Of a stretch of DNA of 64,000 nt, positions 61,474-64,000 are shown in pieces. The position numbers and the translations under genes are program-made. This stretch comes from an uncultured delta proteobacterium (GTDB lineage: Bacteria > Desulfobacterota > Desulfobacteria > Desulfobacterales > JAFDCJ01), in NCBI GenBank assembly GCA_963769935.1, contig CAVYNY010000016.1:320001-384000 (forward strand), read 5' to 3'. Each line of letters starts with the position of its first letter. Positions within the stretch are counted from its first letter, which is position 1. Below the pieces are notes generated by a model. It had not been told where the DNA came from, did no database searches, and saw nothing but the letters and a program-made list of their open reading frames with translations.

Positions 61474-62847
61474 TCACTCCACGGCATAGGTTCGCGGCTG
61501 CGTAATACCGATGGAATCTTTGCCGGTCTGCTTAATGTGGAACATGGCCTTGTCGGCCAGGGCTAATAGACCCGTTCGCGTAGTGGTGTCTTCCGGAAAG
61601 GTTGCCAGCCCGAAACTGGCTCCGAGACGAATATTGTGTCTCTCTTTGGCCAGGTAGTCGGTCAGCTTCATCCGGGCCCGAATTTCTTCGGCCTTTTCTT
61701 TGGCCTGAAGTTTACCGGCGCCGGGCAGCACAACCACAAATTCATCCCCGCCATAGGCCACGCCAAAGCTAGGCTTTCTGAGACATTTTTTGATGGTGGC
61801 AGCCACCTCTTTGAGCGCCTGGCTGCCGTTGAGATGACCGTAGGTGTCCACAACACGCTTAAAGTTGTCCATGTCCATGAAGATAAGGGAAAATATTTTC
61901 CTGGTAAGATTGCTTTCCTCGATCAACTCATCCAACGCCTTATAGAGATACCGCGTGTTATGAAGCCCGGTTAAGTTGTCGTGGTTGGACAGATTGCGGA
62001 ATTTCTGCCGATCGCGCCGGAGCTGTTTCTCAAAGGCTTTGTTTTTGGTATTGTCCACCAATATACCCTCGAGTATGGCCTCACCCTTGTCATCACGGAT
62101 CAGCCGAATATTGGCCAAAATCCATATCGGCTTCCCATCCTTGCGTTTGAACTGCAGCTCATAATTAACGACGGCCCCTTTCTTTTGGACGGCGCGGATC
62201 ATCCTGGTGCGGTCCTCATCGCTGAAATAGAACCGCTTGGCGCCTTCTTTGAGCGCCAGTACCTCATCCGGGGAGCTGTATCCAAGCATGGATGCAAAGG
62301 ATGGATTCACGCCAATGAGTTCACCAACCAGCCTGCTTTGAAACATACCCTGCACAGCGTTTTCGTACATACTGCGGTATCGCTGCTCCGCTCTGCTCAA
62401 TTCTTCCTGGGTAGCCTTCAATTCGGTTAGGTCCGTTAAAAAATACATGTAGCCGTTACTGCGGCCTGCATCATCTTTAAGCGTGCTGCGGCTGAAAAGC
62501 ATCGGAATCCGGCGGCCGTCCAGGGAATAAAATGACGCCTCAAAACTGAGATGCTCACGGCTGGCGGAATAAAAATCGACGGTTGCTTTATCGTAAAATT
62601 TCTCGATCGGCTGAGCGAGAAAGTCCTGCCGCGAGTAGCCTGAAACTTTAATTAAAGCGTTGTTGACTTCAGTTATCTTTTGATTGCGATCCAGCAGGAT
62701 GAATCCTTCCGATGTGCTTTCGAGAACACGCCGGTATTTGAATTCATTTTCCCGCGCCAACTCCCCGGCATAACTGCATTGCGCCAGTTCCTTTTTCAGG
62801 GATTCTACCTGTTGCAACAGGCTTTCATAAGATGTTGCCGATATCAT
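61474..62847 (-). CDS. PAS-PAS-GGDEF diguanylate cyclase
   Basis: DNLTGL, DMDNFK, YGGDEF; no RxxD I-site before GGDEF. Confidence 0.93.
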   Translation of the reverse strand: MISATSYESLLQQVESLKKELAQCSYAGELARENEFKYRRVLESTSEGFILLDRNQKITEVNNALIKVSGYSRQDFLAQPIEKFYDKATVDFYSASREHLSFEASFYSLDGRRIPMLFSRSTLKDDAGRSNGYMYFLTDLTELKATQEELSRAEQRYRSMYENAVQGMFQSRLVGELIGVNPSFASMLGYSSPDEVLALKEGAKRFYFSDEDRTRMIRAVQKKGAVVNYELQFKRKDGKPIWILANIRLIRDDKGEAILEGILVDNTKNKAFEKQLRRDRQKFRNLSNHDNLTGLHNTRYLYKALDELIEESNLTRKIFSLIFMDMDNFKRVVDTYGHLNGSQALKEVAATIKKCLRKPSFGVAYGGDEFVVVLPGAGKLQAKEKAEEIRARMKLTDYLAKERHNIRLGASFGLATFPEDTTTRTGLLALADKAMFHIKQTGKDSIGITQPRTYAVE

Positions 62848-62993
62848 GTGCGTTTCCCTCCGACATTATTGCAGCAGAGCACGCAACCACGGGTGGTAGC
62901 TTAAAGTAAAGAACCCGGCCCAGAGGACCAGGCTTTCAATGTAGGAATAATGTTAGGCCGACAGCAGAAAATGTCAATCTCGGAAGGATTTGC

Positions 62994-63744
62994 TTATCTG
63001 AATGTAAAATGCAGGCGACTGATGTCGCTGCGGTGACACCCGTAGTAATATTCAAAGGCGCGGCCGTCTGCAAGATAGGCACAGGACTCGATGCCCACCA
63101 CCGGGGTATCAGGAGAAATTTTCAACAGGCCGGCCTGTTTTTCCGTCGGCCGGATGGCTTCAATCCAGCGTTCGGAGGACGCCGGCACCAGCCCGTAGCG
63201 TCTTCTCAGAACATCGTAAATGGACCGATTGCCCAGGTTGACATTTTCGAAACCGCTGACGAGATCAGCCGGAAATGACATGTCAACCAGCAGCCGCGGC
63301 GTGTCGCCGATGTACAACAGTCGACGAATCTGGACGACCCGCTGCGGGCTGGTGAGACGAAGCATCCTCTGTTCCCGCTCGCCGGGGTCGGCCAGTTTCT
63401 GCTGGAGGATTTTGGTCAGAACCTTGCGGCCCTTGCCGACCATTTCGCCGGAAAAGCCGATATTGGAGCCGGCGTAGTCCTGCTCTTCCCTGCGGCCGGA
63501 TATGAAGGTTCCCTTGCCTTGAATACGATAAATAAAACGATCGTGCACCAATTCGCTCAGGGCTTCCCGCACCACGGTACGCGACACGCCGAAAATTTTG
63601 CACAGTTCATTCTCCGAATAAAGGCGCGAATCCGGCAGAAGTTCTCCGTCTTGAATTTGGCCCTGAAGAATCGATTTCAGCTGCATCCAAAGCGGGCTAT
63701 CCGCCTCCCGGTCAATGGACGGCGCAAGGTTTTGATTTTTGCAT
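62994..63744 (-). CDS. GntR family regulator with UTRA domain (probable 1-nt slip in an A-run at the 5' end)
   Basis: IDREADSPLWMQL, SENEL..FGVSRTVVREAL, QGKGTF; the ATG at 63744 is out of frame by one base. Confidence 0.9.
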
Positions 63745-63808
63745 ATTAATATGTTGCACTATCTGCCTTTTTCAAAATTTTAAAATATAGGCCTGGATTT
63801 TGCCGATT

Positions 63809-64000
63809 CTAAGACATCCCGGACAAAACAAGCTTGCCGATCATGCTGCCGGATTCGAGCTTTCCATGGGCCCGGCGCAGATTTTCGGCGGTCAGCGGTC
63901 CATAGTTTTCCGTCATGGTAGTCTTCAGCAGCCCCTCATCGAGCATCCGGCCGGCCTCGTTTAAAAGGTCGTGTTGGGCCTGCATGTCGGGGGTTTGAAA
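63809..64000 (-). CDS. Zinc-type alcohol dehydrogenase-like/quinone reductase, 3' part
   Basis: Manual translation FQTPDMQAQHDLLNEAGRMLDEGLLKTT...ENLRRAHGKLESGSMIGKLVLSG. Confidence 0.85.
   Translation of the reverse strand, partial: FQTPDMQAQHDLLNEAGRMLDEGLLKTTMTENYGPLTAENLRRAHGKLESGSMIGKLVLSGMS

Noticed and set aside
1032..63749. Numerous antisense or alternate-frame ORFs in the supplied track
   Set aside because: Shadows of GC-rich genes with no domain motifs

Overview
Bacterial DNA, most consistent with a Desulfobacterota (Desulfobacterales-like) genome or MAG; this is an inference from gene content and repeat types. 0.7-10.6 kb is an intact signalling operon: CHASE3 hybrid kinase, CheR, CheB and two PAS hybrid kinases. 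It is followed by an unusual 936-aa membrane protein combining a TIR-like domain, HEAT repeats and a near-complete EF-Tu copy whose GTPase motifs are destroyed. About 13.4-31 kb looks like a decaying integron region: a broken IntI, an attI-like site, a first cassette, several eroded attC sites, minus-strand cassette-like genes and a polymorphic-toxin pseudogene. Three toxin-antitoxin pairs lie at 29-34 kb. The rest is mixed metabolic and envelope genes, including a Janus/Ocnus (PHPT1-like) phosphohistidine-phosphatase domain fused to a 2-hydroxyacid dehydrogenase fragment, a sigma54- and c-di-GMP-I riboswitch-controlled PKD-repeat surface protein, TamAB, an S1P-lyase-like enzyme and a diguanylate cyclase. 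Intergenic DNA is rich in MITEs, REP-like elements, 7-9-mer tandem repeats and nested mini-hairpins. Many genes carry frameshifts or internal deletions, so part of the apparent decay may be assembly or sequencing error. All family assignments are by eye; no database searches were run.
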